Positions 24,061 to 36,789 of a DNA stretch of 64,000 nt are shown piece by piece. The translations under genes and the position numbers were made by a program. Below the pieces are notes generated by a model that made no database searches, was not told the origin of the DNA, and worked only from the letters and a program-made list of their open reading frames with translations. The DNA comes from Octopus vulgaris (Eukaryota), in NCBI GenBank assembly GCA_951406725.2, contig OX597824.1, positions 30,132,001 through 30,196,000 of the forward strand, in the 5' to 3' direction. Positions within the stretch are counted from its first letter, which is position 1; each line of letters starts with the position of its first letter.

Positions 24061-26269
24061 CACCCAGTACATATTTCAGTGATACCTATTTATTGCACTG
24101 CTAGATAACAGGGCATAGGTATAGACAGTGTTTTGTTAAGCAGTGTCATATATGAAGGTAGAAATGGATTCATTCAAACACACACACACAGCTATACCCT
24201 ACACACTATGTTCTAACATGGTAAAACAATAATGGAAAGAAATAAGGGTGGTGGGCATCAATGGAATACAATATTACAGACTGTTCCAGGTCAGATGGGG
24301 TTTGTTAACGAGTATATTTTACAGATTTTGATTCAAAATTGTTCTTCTGCATACACACACACACACACACACATGTATGTATGTATTTTGTTTGTCTTTA
24401 TGTCCATTTCTGTCATGCCAGCATGGGTTGGATGAATATATTACGCTTCATTAGAAACATGCTTCAAGTTCACCTAGTTAACATAAAAGGACTGGTATAT
24501 ATGACATGCACAATAGACTGGCATCATATCTTATCCAGTAGGAGATTCATTTCTTATCCACTTCTTACTAAGGAATCAGACCCAAAAGTGTTGGATTCTA
24601 AGAACCCTTGTGGTGGTGGGCTGTGGGGGAAGGCAATAGAAATATTTACATTACATTTTTACATACATGCACATACACCCACACACACTTGTACATATAC
24701 ACATAAACACACACACACACACACACAAAAGCACATGAAATGCAATGAATTGTTTTATTTGGTTTTTTTTTTTTTTTTGTTTATCTTTTTTTTTTTCCTT
24801 CTATCTACAATCAATACAATTTATCTCTTTTTTCTATCCGCTGTCTTTTTTTTTTTTTTTTTTTTTTTCTTTATCTGTTTAATCTGAAAGACAATTCTTC
24901 TTGTTTCTGTTTTATCTTTTCTGAATTGATTAAAAATAAAATATATAAAAAAAACAATAAAAAAAATCACACATGTATGCAAGCACATGTACACATTTGC
25001 CAAACAATCCTCCCCCTAAATTGAGAACAGTCAGCAATATTATTCTCCACCAACTCTCATCATCCACCAGTTCTTTTTATCAACATTCTCATCACCATCA
25101 TTATTCTACCTGCTCAATATTGCTGCTGCTTTCACTTGAGACAGCTTTAAATGTTCATAGCAGTTCCCAAAATTTCTCCTCACTTTTTGTCACTGTAGCA
25201 CAAATACATACATACACACACATATACATACATTATGCACACCAAACTACTTAATTCACTTTATACCTCTAACTCTCACTAAACACTTGAACAGTTTTCT
25301 ATTGTACACACCTTCATCTCTTTGCCCTCACCACCACCACCAACATATATACACACACACAGTTCTACTTTACATATGTCATTGTTTTCACTTACCCTCA
25401 CCTACCATTTAATTTTTTTAGCAGTTTATTTTTTTTCTTTTTGCTCAAAAAGCACTTTTGTTCTTGTTCTTTTTTTGTATTTTTTCCAAAAAGTTGCTTT
25501 TGTCATGTTTTTCCATTCCTCGTTTCATTAAAATGTACTTTCAGAGTCTGTGTGTGTGTTTGTATCGATTTTATGCCGAACAAAAAAAAAATTTAAATAA
25601 TGAACAAATATAAAATTAATACAGAAATCATGGTCAACATCATTTAATGTCCTTGCTGACATGTTTTGGATGGTTTAGCAGGACCCAGTGAATCCAAGAA
25701 TTGCATTGTGCTCCAGTGTCTGCTTTAGCATGGTTTCTGTGACTGGGCACCCTTCTTTTATGCCAACCACTTTACATCATATACTGTGGGCTTTTTATTT
25801 GCCATCAGCCCTAGTAAGGTTACCATGCGGCTTGCGAGGTTACAAACCCTGAAGCTGCAGGTGAGGTGGGAAGCAGCTTTATCTGGTGAGATGAGGGGTT
25901 GGGACATACTTACAGACTAATTAATATTACTCTGTTGTTGCTTTCAAACACACACACCTGACTGTGTGTGCATACATAACTCAGGTGGATACCTATATTC
26001 ATTCGATGTTTAAAAAATCCTGTTATATTTTAATAATGAAATATTATTCAGAATTATATTATAAAATTATGTTTGAATATTTTATGTATGGTAGAAGTTT
26101 AATCAATTTATTGCACGTAAAGTTTAACAACAAAATCTTATATGGACCCTGGTTGAGAATCACTCAGTTAGGGTATGTTATACATATACAACAATTTGTT
26201 GTTATACTATATTCATGGCTTGATACTTTCCCATTATCAACAGCCAAATTTCTTTTTTTCATGGTTATT

Positions 26270-26458
26270 GGTAGTGCCAGTGACATGTAAAAATATCCAG
26301 TACACTCTGTAAAGTGCTTAGTGTTAGGAATGGCATCCAGCCATAGAATCCAAGCCAAAACAGATGAGTGGAACCTGGCGCAGCTCTCCGGCATGCCAAT
26401 CCCAGTCAAACCGTCTAACCCATTCCAGCTTGGAAAATGGATATTAAATGATGATGAC
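26270..26458 (+). mobile_element. Retroposon family D
   Basis: GTGTTAGGAATGGCATCCAG...(GAT)n tail; an inverted copy lies at about 25637-25830. Confidence 0.7.
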
Positions 26459-26619
26459 GGCAACTTAGTAAAACAACTTTTACAATCATGAGACTGATGT
26501 AATAGTTGATCAACAAGCAAAGGACTGGGTGATTGTTTGCTTCTCTGAAAGATTTTTTTGGTCCAAAACATTTCGTTTTCTTTACATTTTTGCCCTCCAA
26601 TTCATTGCCCTTTTCTCAT

Positions 26620-26921
26620 AAATTCTTACTGGTACTTTTTCTCCATGTACTCTGTTAGTCTCTTTTGCCAAACTGCTAGGTTATAGGGTCATAAACAAGC
26701 CAACACTGGTTGTCAGACAGTGGTTGGGGACAAACACACACACACACATACACAAAGGACTGGCTTCTTTCAGTTTCCAGCTGCCAAATCCACTCGCAAA
26801 GCTTTGGTCAGTCTTAGGTTATTGTTGGAGACACTTGCCGAAGGTGTCATGCAACAGGACTGAACCCAAAACCGTGTGGTTTGAGAAGCGAACTTTTTAC
26901 CACACAGCCATGCCTGCACCT
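26620..26921 (-). mobile_element. SINE family A
   Basis: Reverse complement of family A, ending CCACACAGCCATGCCTGCACC. Confidence 0.8.
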
Positions 26922-28454
26922 TGAGTAAGTTACAAATTGGGTGTCAATCATAAGAAAGTACCCAGGGTCTAATTTAACTTGCTTACAAACTAATTAATAT
27001 TGCTCTGTTGTTGCTTTCAAACAATATTGTTTTAGAGTTCTCCCGGTGCATTCAAAATAACTGATGCCAGTTGCACGTACACACAAACACATACACATAC
27101 ACACACCTGACTGTGTGTGCATAACATAACCCATTGCAACACATCACATGCACGCGCACATACACACACACTCGCTGGCACACATCTTGCTCGCTTCATC
27201 ACACCACATTACTCTGTCTGAGCTCATTTTTTTTTAACTTGCACTGAAATTGTGCTTGTGTTACTTTAAAATCTTCCAGTGTAAAACAATCAACTCCACA
27301 CCTGCACGTGTGTGTCTGTCTGAGTTCTATTTTCCTTTGCATGTGCACGTGCATATACATACATATGTACATACATACATACATACATACAAGTTCGCTC
27401 AATAACAGACACATTAATGGGAAAAGTCTCTATTTATACATTTCCCCAAGTTCTTTGTTGACTGACTTGAATTTCAGTTTATCTATGTGTGTGTATATAT
27501 CCATGTGTGTATATATCTTCATGTGTGTATAAACAATTTCGAATGGGCTTGTTTCTCTTTAGTGCTGCACAGTGCGTGTAATTGTTCCATAATTGTTACT
27601 TAACTGTCTTCAAATTAGGCTGACAGTAAGCTGACATAGAAAAAAGAAAAAAAACTAGGGAGTCTGCACTATGGTTAGTTATGGGTTGGAAGGAGGGGGT
27701 GGCAGGGCACAACTGGGTCAGAGGTCAGATAGGTGATAAATTTTAATTTAACTGTATCTGCTATTGAGTTGCCTTTCTTCTCCCACACCCATCTCTTCTT
27801 TCTCTTTTTCATTGTCTCCCCCTTCCTCATACGGCTCCTTTCCTCCCTATATATGTCAGTAAATTATATATATATAGACAGATTATATATGTATATATGT
27901 ATATATATATATATAGACAGATCAAGCGATAGAAAAAAAATACATGTATATGTATCTACAAATATTGCATTATATTTTTAAAGAGTTATATATGCAAATA
28001 TACACAATCATTCATACACAATTCATTGATACACACACACATGCATATTAAAGTGGCAATATACACCACCTTTTAGTTCATATACAGCTTCTATCTCGAA
28101 CAGAGGTTTTCTAATGGACTAGTTTCCTAGTTACAAAATCAGTGATTGTATGACACTGTATTTTCTACATATATTGCAAGCAAGATTAAACTGCTGCCAT
28201 GCCTGGCAAAATGAGTGCCCTTCACCAAAGAGATCCAAGAAGATTGAAATCACTTGGCCTGGTGGTTTCGAAGCTAGGGTGGCAGAAGTTTATCTACCAC
28301 TTGCAATAAATATCAAGTGTGGAAAGCACATTGAATAAACCAGCTGGAGGAGATATCTTCCTGGGTTTAAAACAGCAGTATTGTCATCCCTTAGAGAATA
28401 CCCTCATTAGAGTGGTGATAAACACTACCATATATATGTGTGTGTATGTATGTA

Positions 28455-28502
<48 letters not shown>

Positions 28503-29579
28503 TTCGCGTATACACACACACACACCCATTCGTTATTAGTGATGGCAGCTGTATTAGTTAAAAATTGTAATCTTTGTATCATGCTTAAAGCAGATATATC
28601 ATTGAAAACTTGCTAAACTGCAGTATACACACACACACACACATCATGTGAATGTGTAGGTATCTAAATATATTGGAACTGATATAATTTGTACATATTG
28701 GTATCAGTCTTGCTTAAGTTATCAAAGTTTCATGTGTTAGAATATTCAATCATCAATGGAGGAAGATTAAGGGAAAGTCTGATCTTTATTTGCAAGCAGT
28801 GGGACAACTATGGTCAGGTTTTAACATTGGGTCTCATCAACATGGCATTATATGCATAACCTACTTTGACCTACTGACAACGGTTTTGCTTACAGAAAAA
28901 GAGTTATGAAGATTTTTGGCCTGTATGAGTTTTCATAATTTATAAAAAAAAAGTATTTTGCTGTGGATGAAGGTCCAGAATTTAGTTAAAGAAGTTAAGG
29001 CCTGATGTGCCAAATGGTGTTTTATAGCGATGAAAGATAATATGGCAAAAACATCCTGTTTCCTGCAAACAAAGCTCCCCCCTAAGCATGTACACTAATT
29101 TTGTGAAATTAGCCTTGTTTTCATGAAATTGATTTTTCTTTTTTAGTCTTTGATAATTGCCACTAGGTTTTTGTTTTCTTCCCCCAACTAAGTGGCAAAT
29201 TTCAAGTAATTTAGAAATTTTGTATTGCACATATTATTCATTGCATCAATCCTTGTTTGGCTGTCTATTTCTCGCTTCATATATATATGCAGTCTAGTGG
29301 TGGTCTGCCCTTAGGCAAGTCCTATGAACCTTCTCCAGTACACTTTTTATGATCTGGGAGGGGCCAAACTCTCCCTTGCTGCTATTAAGTAGATTACTGG
29401 AACTTTGACTACTGTGACTAGACTTGGGATAAATACTCGCGGGATTTCTTGTTGCCCTCTCCACGCAGGTGGGATTTGAACTCAGAACATAGAGAATGGG
29501 AAGATATACTATAAAACATTTCTGCCAGCACAGTAATGATTCTTCCACTCTCCCACCTGCAGAGCAACATGAAATGAAA

Positions 29580-29737
29580 TCATTTTTCATTAAGAACATG
29601 ACGTGCTTCGAAAAACTGAAGGACCATTGCAATAAGTGTGTGAATCTGAGAGGGGAAAATGTTGAATGAAATCATAATTAACTGATCCTCCTGTATTTTC
29701 TTTTACCTAACACCAGGATCTTTTCAGCACCCCCTTG
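29580..29737 (+). mobile_element. mariner transposon right end
   Basis: FEKLKDHCNKCVNLRGENVE* matches the mariner C-terminus (KL..RW.KC....G.Y.E*), followed by a TIR-like CTTTTCAGCACCCCCTTG|TA. Confidence 0.75.
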
Positions 29738-29759
29738 TATGTGTGTGTGTGTGCAAGTG

Positions 29760-30086
29760 ATGGTACATGACTAAGAGGTTAGGATATTTGGCCCAAATTT
29801 GTCAGGTCATGAGTTCAATAGCTGGGGGGGGGGGGCATTGTCTTCTTAAGCAAGACACTTTACTTCATGTCACTCAAGTCCACTTAGCTGGCAAAATTGA
29901 GTTGTACCCATAATTCAAAGGGTAAGCTTTGTCACATTCTGTGTCACACTGAATCTCCCTGAGAATTACATTAAGGGTATGCATGTCTGTGGAGTACTCA
30001 GCCACTTGCATGTTAATTTGACCAGCAGGCTGTTTTGTTGATTAGATCAACCAGAACCCTCATCGTCGTAACCGACGGAGGGCCAG
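29760..30086 (+). mobile_element. tRNA-derived SINE family C (CORE-like)
   Basis: tRNA-like head with GAGTTCAAT B-box, AGCAAGACACTTTA core, tail CGTCGTAACCGACGGAG. Confidence 0.82.
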
Positions 30087-30993
30087 TTCTTGTGTGATTG
30101 ATAGGCACATACATACACACATGAAATCTCCTCTCTTCTTCACAGTCTCTTCCTCTCTCTCTCTCTCTCGCTCAATGAGCTCCCCCACCCGACACTGTAG
30201 TGACTCAACAACTTGTACAATTTTCATTGCCTACTAGTTTTCTACTTTGTCATCTAATCAAATTTGCCCCCCACTATCTCCTCCGTATACACAAATTTAT
30301 ATTTTCTTCGCTGAGATGTTCACATTCATTAAAATTAATTCCAATTTGTACTACCACACCATTGATTGGCAGTAAAGCAAGGGTGGGGGGATTTGGATAA
30401 GGCAAGAGAGAGAAAGAGAGAGAGAGAGAGATGTTTGATTTATTTATGTATAAAATTGTTACACTCACTACCCAGACAAAAGCTGACATTCTCTTCTGCA
30501 AATCAATGCTATTTATTCTGACCGTTTATTTCTTAACTTGTCTTAGAGACTATTTTTGTCATTGACGAAAAATACATTTTCGTATTCAAATTTATTAATT
30601 AATTATTTCATTCAGTGATTTTTATTTTATTATTACTTTTTTGTTGTGTTTATTACTTTAGCTTTTCCTTGTTTTAGCCATTGGACTGTGGCCATGCAGG
30701 GGCAGTACCTTAAAGGGTTTTGGTCAAACAAATCACCCTTAGTGATTATTTTCCCTTTTTATTTTTTAAAGCCTGGTACTTATTCTGTCGGACTCTTTTG
30801 CCAAACTGCTAAGTTATGAGGATATAAAAAAACCAACACTGGTTGTCGAGCAGTGGTGGTGGGGTGGACAAAAGACTAACACAAGTACATGCACGCCCAT
30901 ACATACATACATACATAGACATACACACAAATATATATATATATTAATTCATTTCTCACAATGGCAGCAGTATTGGTTCTGAACAGCATTCAA

Positions 30994-31043
<50 letters not shown>

Positions 31044-31079
31044 AACATATTTTCTGCTTTTCGATGAATATATATATGT

Positions 31080-31298
31080 GTGTGTGTGTGTATGTTTGTG
31101 TGTCAGTGTTTGTCTCCCCAACATCGCTTGACAACCGATGCTGGTATGTTTACATCCCCGTAACTTAGCAGTTCGGCAAAAGACATGAATAGAATAAGTA
31201 CTAGGCTTCCACAGAATAAGTCCTGGGGTTGATTTGCTTGACTAAAGGCGGTGCTCCAGCATGGCCACAGTCAAATGACTGAAACAAGTAAAAGAGTA
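31080..31298 (+). mobile_element. SINE family A 3' half
   Basis: Near-consensus; inverted relative to the 3' half at about 30670-30870. Confidence 0.82.
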
Positions 31299-31734
31299 AC
31301 TCTTCCTCCTCATCTTGCAAAACATCAAACATTGAGGCCATTGAACTCCTGTTTCACATCCTGAATATCTCTACAACTCTCATGTAGCCACTATTTTTTT
31401 TTTATGTCTTTGTTTTTTGTTGTTTTTTTTTTAACTCGAAGGGAATGAGTGCTTCCATCTGGCACCAGCTGGTAGATGGTGAACATTACCAAAGCTACCA
31501 TTTTCTTGCTGTAAAGTGCAGTTATTTGCCAAGGATTTACAAGATGAAACTTTTTATTGTCTACATTAGTCTTTTAATAGTTGGTAATAACAACTCACTA
31601 CCACTTTTCAACCGTACACACATATGTAGACAGCCATGCAGTCATAAATTCATGTTTATGCCTGTTATGGTATGTGTGTGTAGATTGGTAGATAGACAGA
31701 CAGACAGACAGACAGATAGATAAAAAGAAAAATA

Positions 31735-32018
31735 GCACTCTGGTGATTATGACAAATATTTGAGTTGATCCAATCAGTGGAACAGCCTGCTTGGCAAATT
31801 AACGTGCAAGTGGTTGAGTACTCCACAGACATACGCAGGCTTTACATAGTTCTTGGGGAGATTCAGGTGTGACACAGAACGTAACTGAATAACAGGAACA
31901 ATTCATTTTTGCCAGCCGAGTGAACTGGAGCAATGTGAAATAAAGTGTCTTGCTCAAGAACACAACACATTGCCTTACGATTGTGAGGTGAATTACTCTT
32001 ACCACCAAGCCACGCACC
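31735..32018 (-). mobile_element. SINE family C
   Basis: Reverse complement of 29760-30086. Confidence 0.8.
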
Positions 32019-32041
32019 TTTTCTCTTTTGCTTTTTAGATA

Positions 32042-32192
32042 ATGGCTGTGTGGTAAGAAGCTTGCTCCCCAACCACATGCTTCCTGGTTTAGTCCACTGT
32101 ATGGCACCTTGTGCAAGTGTCTTCGACCAAAGCCTTGAGCCGACCAAAGCCTTGTGAGTGGGTTTGGTAGATAGAAACTGAAAGAGTCCTGT

Positions 32193-32250
<58 letters not shown>

Positions 32251-32455
32251 CACACACACACACATATGTATGTATTTGTGTGTCTGTTTGTCCCCCACTA
32301 TTGCTTGACAACCAATGTAGCAGTTTGGCAAAAGAGACCAATAGAATAAGTACTAGGCTTACAAAGAATAAGTCCTGGAGACAATTTGTTCAACTAAAGG
32401 TGGTGCTCCAGCATAGCCACAGTCAAATGACTGAAACAATTAACAGAAATAAAAT
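32042..32455 (+). mobile_element. SINE family A
   Basis: Head, expanded internal (TA)n and tail. Confidence 0.85.
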
Positions 32456-32727
32456 AGATTGATACAGTTGTGGCCATGTGATTAAAATGCTTTCTTGGTT
32501 CAATCTTAGCATGCAACACCTTTAGGCCCATGTCGACCAATACCTTTTAAGTAAATTTGGCAGACAGAAACTGTATGAAGCTCCTCATATATATGTGTTT
32601 GTGTTTGTTCCCTTCTCCTACTCACCCTGCTTAATAATCAATGTCCTCTATAGCCTAGCAGTTCAGCAAAAGACCCTGACGTAAAAAGCACCAAACTTGT
32701 AAAACTAAACAAAACAGTACTGGGGTC

Positions 32728-33147
32728 GGATGTTTTCGGTTTGAACTGCAGTTTTTTTCTAGCGGTGTCATATGAAATTGTCACCCATAATTACGACCCT
32801 TGAATCGATCTATTGCATTTCAATTTCTTTTAGGGTTAGGGTTAGGGGTGGGGGGAAGGGTATCTTTTTTTCTTCACAAATGTAAATAAACCCAATCTGT
32901 TTCTTAAACGAGGGACATATTCATACGGGCACAGAATGCTTTTTAACTCAATAGACGTCAGTGATTGGTTGAAATTGCAGAAATTGAAGAAAAAACAACA
33001 ACGAATATCTTACAAACCATAGAATTTTCTCAATAAAGCCAAGAGAAAAAGATGTTTTATAAACACATTCTACCAGTATACGAAGTTTAAAATTTTTTAG
33101 TTACCCAGAAATTATGTTAAAAACAGCCGTTCAAACCGAAAAGATCC
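32728..33147 (+). mobile_element. Non-autonomous TIR element with internal (TTAGGG)n, copy 1
   Basis: About 28-bp imperfect TIR GGATGTTTTCGGTTTGAAC.../...GTTCAAACCGAAAAGATCC; 8-bp TSD CTGGGGTC (32720-32727, 33148-33155) inside a family A SINE. Confidence 0.9.
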
Positions 33148-33656
33148 CTGGGGTCAATTTATTTAGCTAAGCCTGTCAAGTGGGGGTGCCCCAGCGTGGC
33201 TGCAATCCAGTGACTGGAACAAGTAGATGATAGATAGCTAGACAGACAATCACTGAAGTTGTAGCTATGGTTCCCCCTCCCCACTATGTATATTCATGAC
33301 TACAGTATATTTCTGGCTGCTATAACTAGCAAGTGTAGTGACCACAAAGAGCTTCCCAACATTCGTAACTGCGGAAATCTGGAGAAGCCGTGGTGGGTGG
33401 CGTTAATTATGTGTTCAAAGTGTTGGAGTTGGTACTGTCCTACTTCGTGTTATATAGCTTCTGTTTCAGACACACACACATACGCACACTTTCTTACACT
33501 TCTGTTTGGCATTCACACACACTCTCACACAGTTATGTGGTTACATGCGTATATGTGTGTGTGTGTGTGTCTTTGTGTACACATGAGCAGATATGTGTAC
33601 ACTGATACAGATAAAGATGAACTGTATACTTAACTGTGTGTGTGTATGTATGTATA

Positions 33657-33690
<34 letters not shown>

Positions 33691-33735
33691 CATACGTGTG
33701 TGTATGTGTGTGTGTGTGTATATATATATATACAC

Positions 33736-33772
<37 letters not shown>

Positions 33773-34339
33773 AACACACACGTATGTTTTATATATATAG
33801 ACACAAGTACTCACACACCTACATACACACACACACACACACACACATACTCACCCACTCAAGTACTCACCCATATGTAGTGGAAGTGACACCTGTGAAA
33901 ACAAAATGTTTCTTGGCCAGGGTATCAGATCCACACTGTTATACCACCACCACTGCCACCACCCTTTCTCTCTCTCTCTCTTTCCTTCCTTCTCTTCCTC
34001 TCTCTTTCCTTACCTCTCTTCCTCTCTCTTATCAGCAACACAGGAGAGGTTTAAGTTTAGTTGTCATGGTAGCCAGTTGAGGTGTTATAGGGAGGAGGGA
34101 AGAGGAGGTGGTGGTGGTGTTGTTGTTGTTGGTGGTGATGGTGGGGTTAACACTTCTCTGCTTTACTCTGCTACTACGACTGCTACCTCTGTTGGTGTTT
34201 GGCTGCCAGTTGTGGTGGTGGAGGAGTGCAGAGTCCTCCACAGCAAATAAAGGGAGGTAGGAAGAGGAAGAAGCCGACTTGCATGCTTTCTGACTGTTTC
34301 TGCTTCCCCCTCCCTATGTCTTTTTTACTTTCTTTCTCC

Positions 34340-34382
<43 letters not shown>

Positions 34383-34804
34383 CCCTCTTATTCCTCAGAT
34401 CAAGTTGCCATTGAGAATCTCATTGTCAGGAAGGATGAGTAGAGAAGTACTGTGAAATTCAGAATGATCTGACTGTGACTAAAGTTTAGCAAGTTTTGGT
34501 GGTGGTGGTGGTGGTGGTTGCAACAGTGGTAGTGGTGTGTGTGTGTGTTGCCTGTGGGAGAGCGGAGGAGAATCTGGTTTTTGAGAGGGTCTATTTGTTA
34601 TGCACCCCTTCTCCTGCTTACTCCCCTTGAAGATTTCTCTATGCATAGGGGTTTATGATGTAATGCGGCTGTTGTGGTCTTTATACATTGTCCCTCAAAT
34701 ATTTATTAAGCAGTGTTCACATGAAATAACAGCAACAACCAGTAATGATAACCAGGTCACCAATTTTGGCCCACTGAGTACTAAAGTCTGTTGTAACAGC
34801 TCCT

Positions 34805-35215
34805 GGATCTTTTTGGTTTGAACTGCAGTTTTTTCCTAGCGGTGTCATATGAAATTGTCACCCATAATTATGACCCTAGAATCGATCTATTGCATTTCAA
34901 TCTCTTTTAGGGTTAGGGATGGGGGAAGGGTATCTTTTTTTCTTCACAGATGTAAATAAACCTAATCTGTTTCTTAAACGAGGGACATATTCATACGGCA
35001 CAGAATGTTTTTACCTCAATAGACGTCAGTGATTGGTTGAAATTGCAGAAATTGAAGAAGAAAAACAACAAATATCTTGCAAACTATAGAATTTTCTCAA
35101 TAAAACCAAGAGAAAAAGATGTTTTATAAACACATTCTACCAGTATACGAAGTTTAAAATTTTTTAGTTACCTAGAAATTATGTTTAAAAACTGCCGTTC
35201 AAACCAAAAAGATCC
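34805..35215 (+). mobile_element. Non-autonomous TIR element with internal (TTAGGG)n, copy 2
   Basis: Near-identical to 32728-33147; flanked by AAAGTCTGTTGTAACAGCTCC at 34783-34803 and 35216-35236. Confidence 0.9.
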
Positions 35216-36789
35216 AAAGTCTGTTGTAACAGCTCCCCTCTCTCGATTTGAGTTTACTATTCCATATAACATTGGAATCATTTTTTTTTTTTTTTTTATT
35301 ACCTTTTACCTGTTTCACTCAGACTGTAGGCTATGAAGTCTAAGTTTCTTAGCTACTGGAGAAAAAGATTAGACAAGTGTTGTGCGGATGAAGACTGAGC
35401 CAGAAACATGTACCCCCCTCCCCCCGCCCGACTGTCTTATCTCCAGACAATAACCCTGTCCTTTTCCTTAAAGGCTTGCCAACTTAGGAGAATTCTTGAT
35501 TCTTGAGATTATCTCCCCTTTTCAAGTGGTGCTGGTCACCTTGTAATATCTATAATAAATCAATCCATTGTACAACCATCAACCAATTCTCACCTTAATT
35601 TAGGTTTTTAATATTCTGCTGGTTTTGAAGGTCTCCCCATATTTTTGCCAATGTGTTTTCCTTTAATTTTTCTTTGTCTTATTTTTTTTCTTCTATAAAA
35701 TGTATTTTTTTCTTCTTTTTTTTACCATTTATCGACTTTATCAGTTTAGAATCTGTTTTTCTATACTGACAAAGGATCTATATATAGATTGTTTTTGGCA
35801 GAATTTTGGAAAAGCTATCACTCCAAGCTCTTTACCCCATGGGAAAAGAAAAGAGTAGTTCCTCTTCCCACCCCCCACCCGTCCTAATTTTTTTTTTATA
35901 GTATTTCTGTTTCATACAACAGAAATTAGCATTCTGAAAACAATTTTGTTTTCAAAAACTTTAAGTTTTTTGCTTCCCCACTCCCACCTTGCATACTCTT
36001 TTCCTTTCCTGTGAGATGAGGGGCTTCAAGGAACAGCTATTCCAAATCTCTTTGAGAGTTAACTTTTACTTTTAGCAGTAAACTTCTCAATGTCCATAAA
36101 CCAGCAACTGAGATCCATAAATTGCAGGAAAACTCCTTTAAATCACACTCAACTGTCTATGGTAAAAGAAAAAGGACACATAAGACAGTGTAGTTTCTTA
36201 TTTACAGAAATACTGGATGGCTACAGCTGGAACATTTATCATAGGTTTATTCAGTCAAGGTCCACCTGGAACTAAACATCATCATAAGGTCTTTGTCAAA
36301 AGATATAAACCAGAATCCATGTTGCTTTGCATATTGAAGAAATCCAGATCTTGGATTCATTTTATAAACTTATCCACCCATTTCAGAGTAGAATAGAAGT
36401 TTCTGGAACGGGAATTACTAAGTTTATTGAGGGCTGACTGCATGGTTGATTCATCATTTCCTATTACCATAACCCAAGGTACCTCCCATTCTATGGGTTG
36501 GTTGTTCTTGATAGAAATAAGTGTCATGTCCCTTGGACATGGCACTATAAGCAAGAGAGAACTGCAATCACTGGCAAGTGTTTTGTTAACCCCTCAGGAT
36601 CATTTGGAAATCCTTCCATGCACATAGATACACACAAACACAACCCTCGAAAAAGAAGAAAAAAAAAAACAATCTCTTAGTGGCTGATTCATTACTATAT
36701 GGTATACAGCTAGAACCTATTTTATTGCCAGCATAGTGATACAATGGGTTACAAGATTTCTTATGTAAAACAACTATGATATTTTATCT

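Noticed and set aside
32829-32848. Telomere or chromosome-fusion scar
   Set aside because: Only 2-3 TTAGGG units, present at the same place inside both copies of a TIR element.
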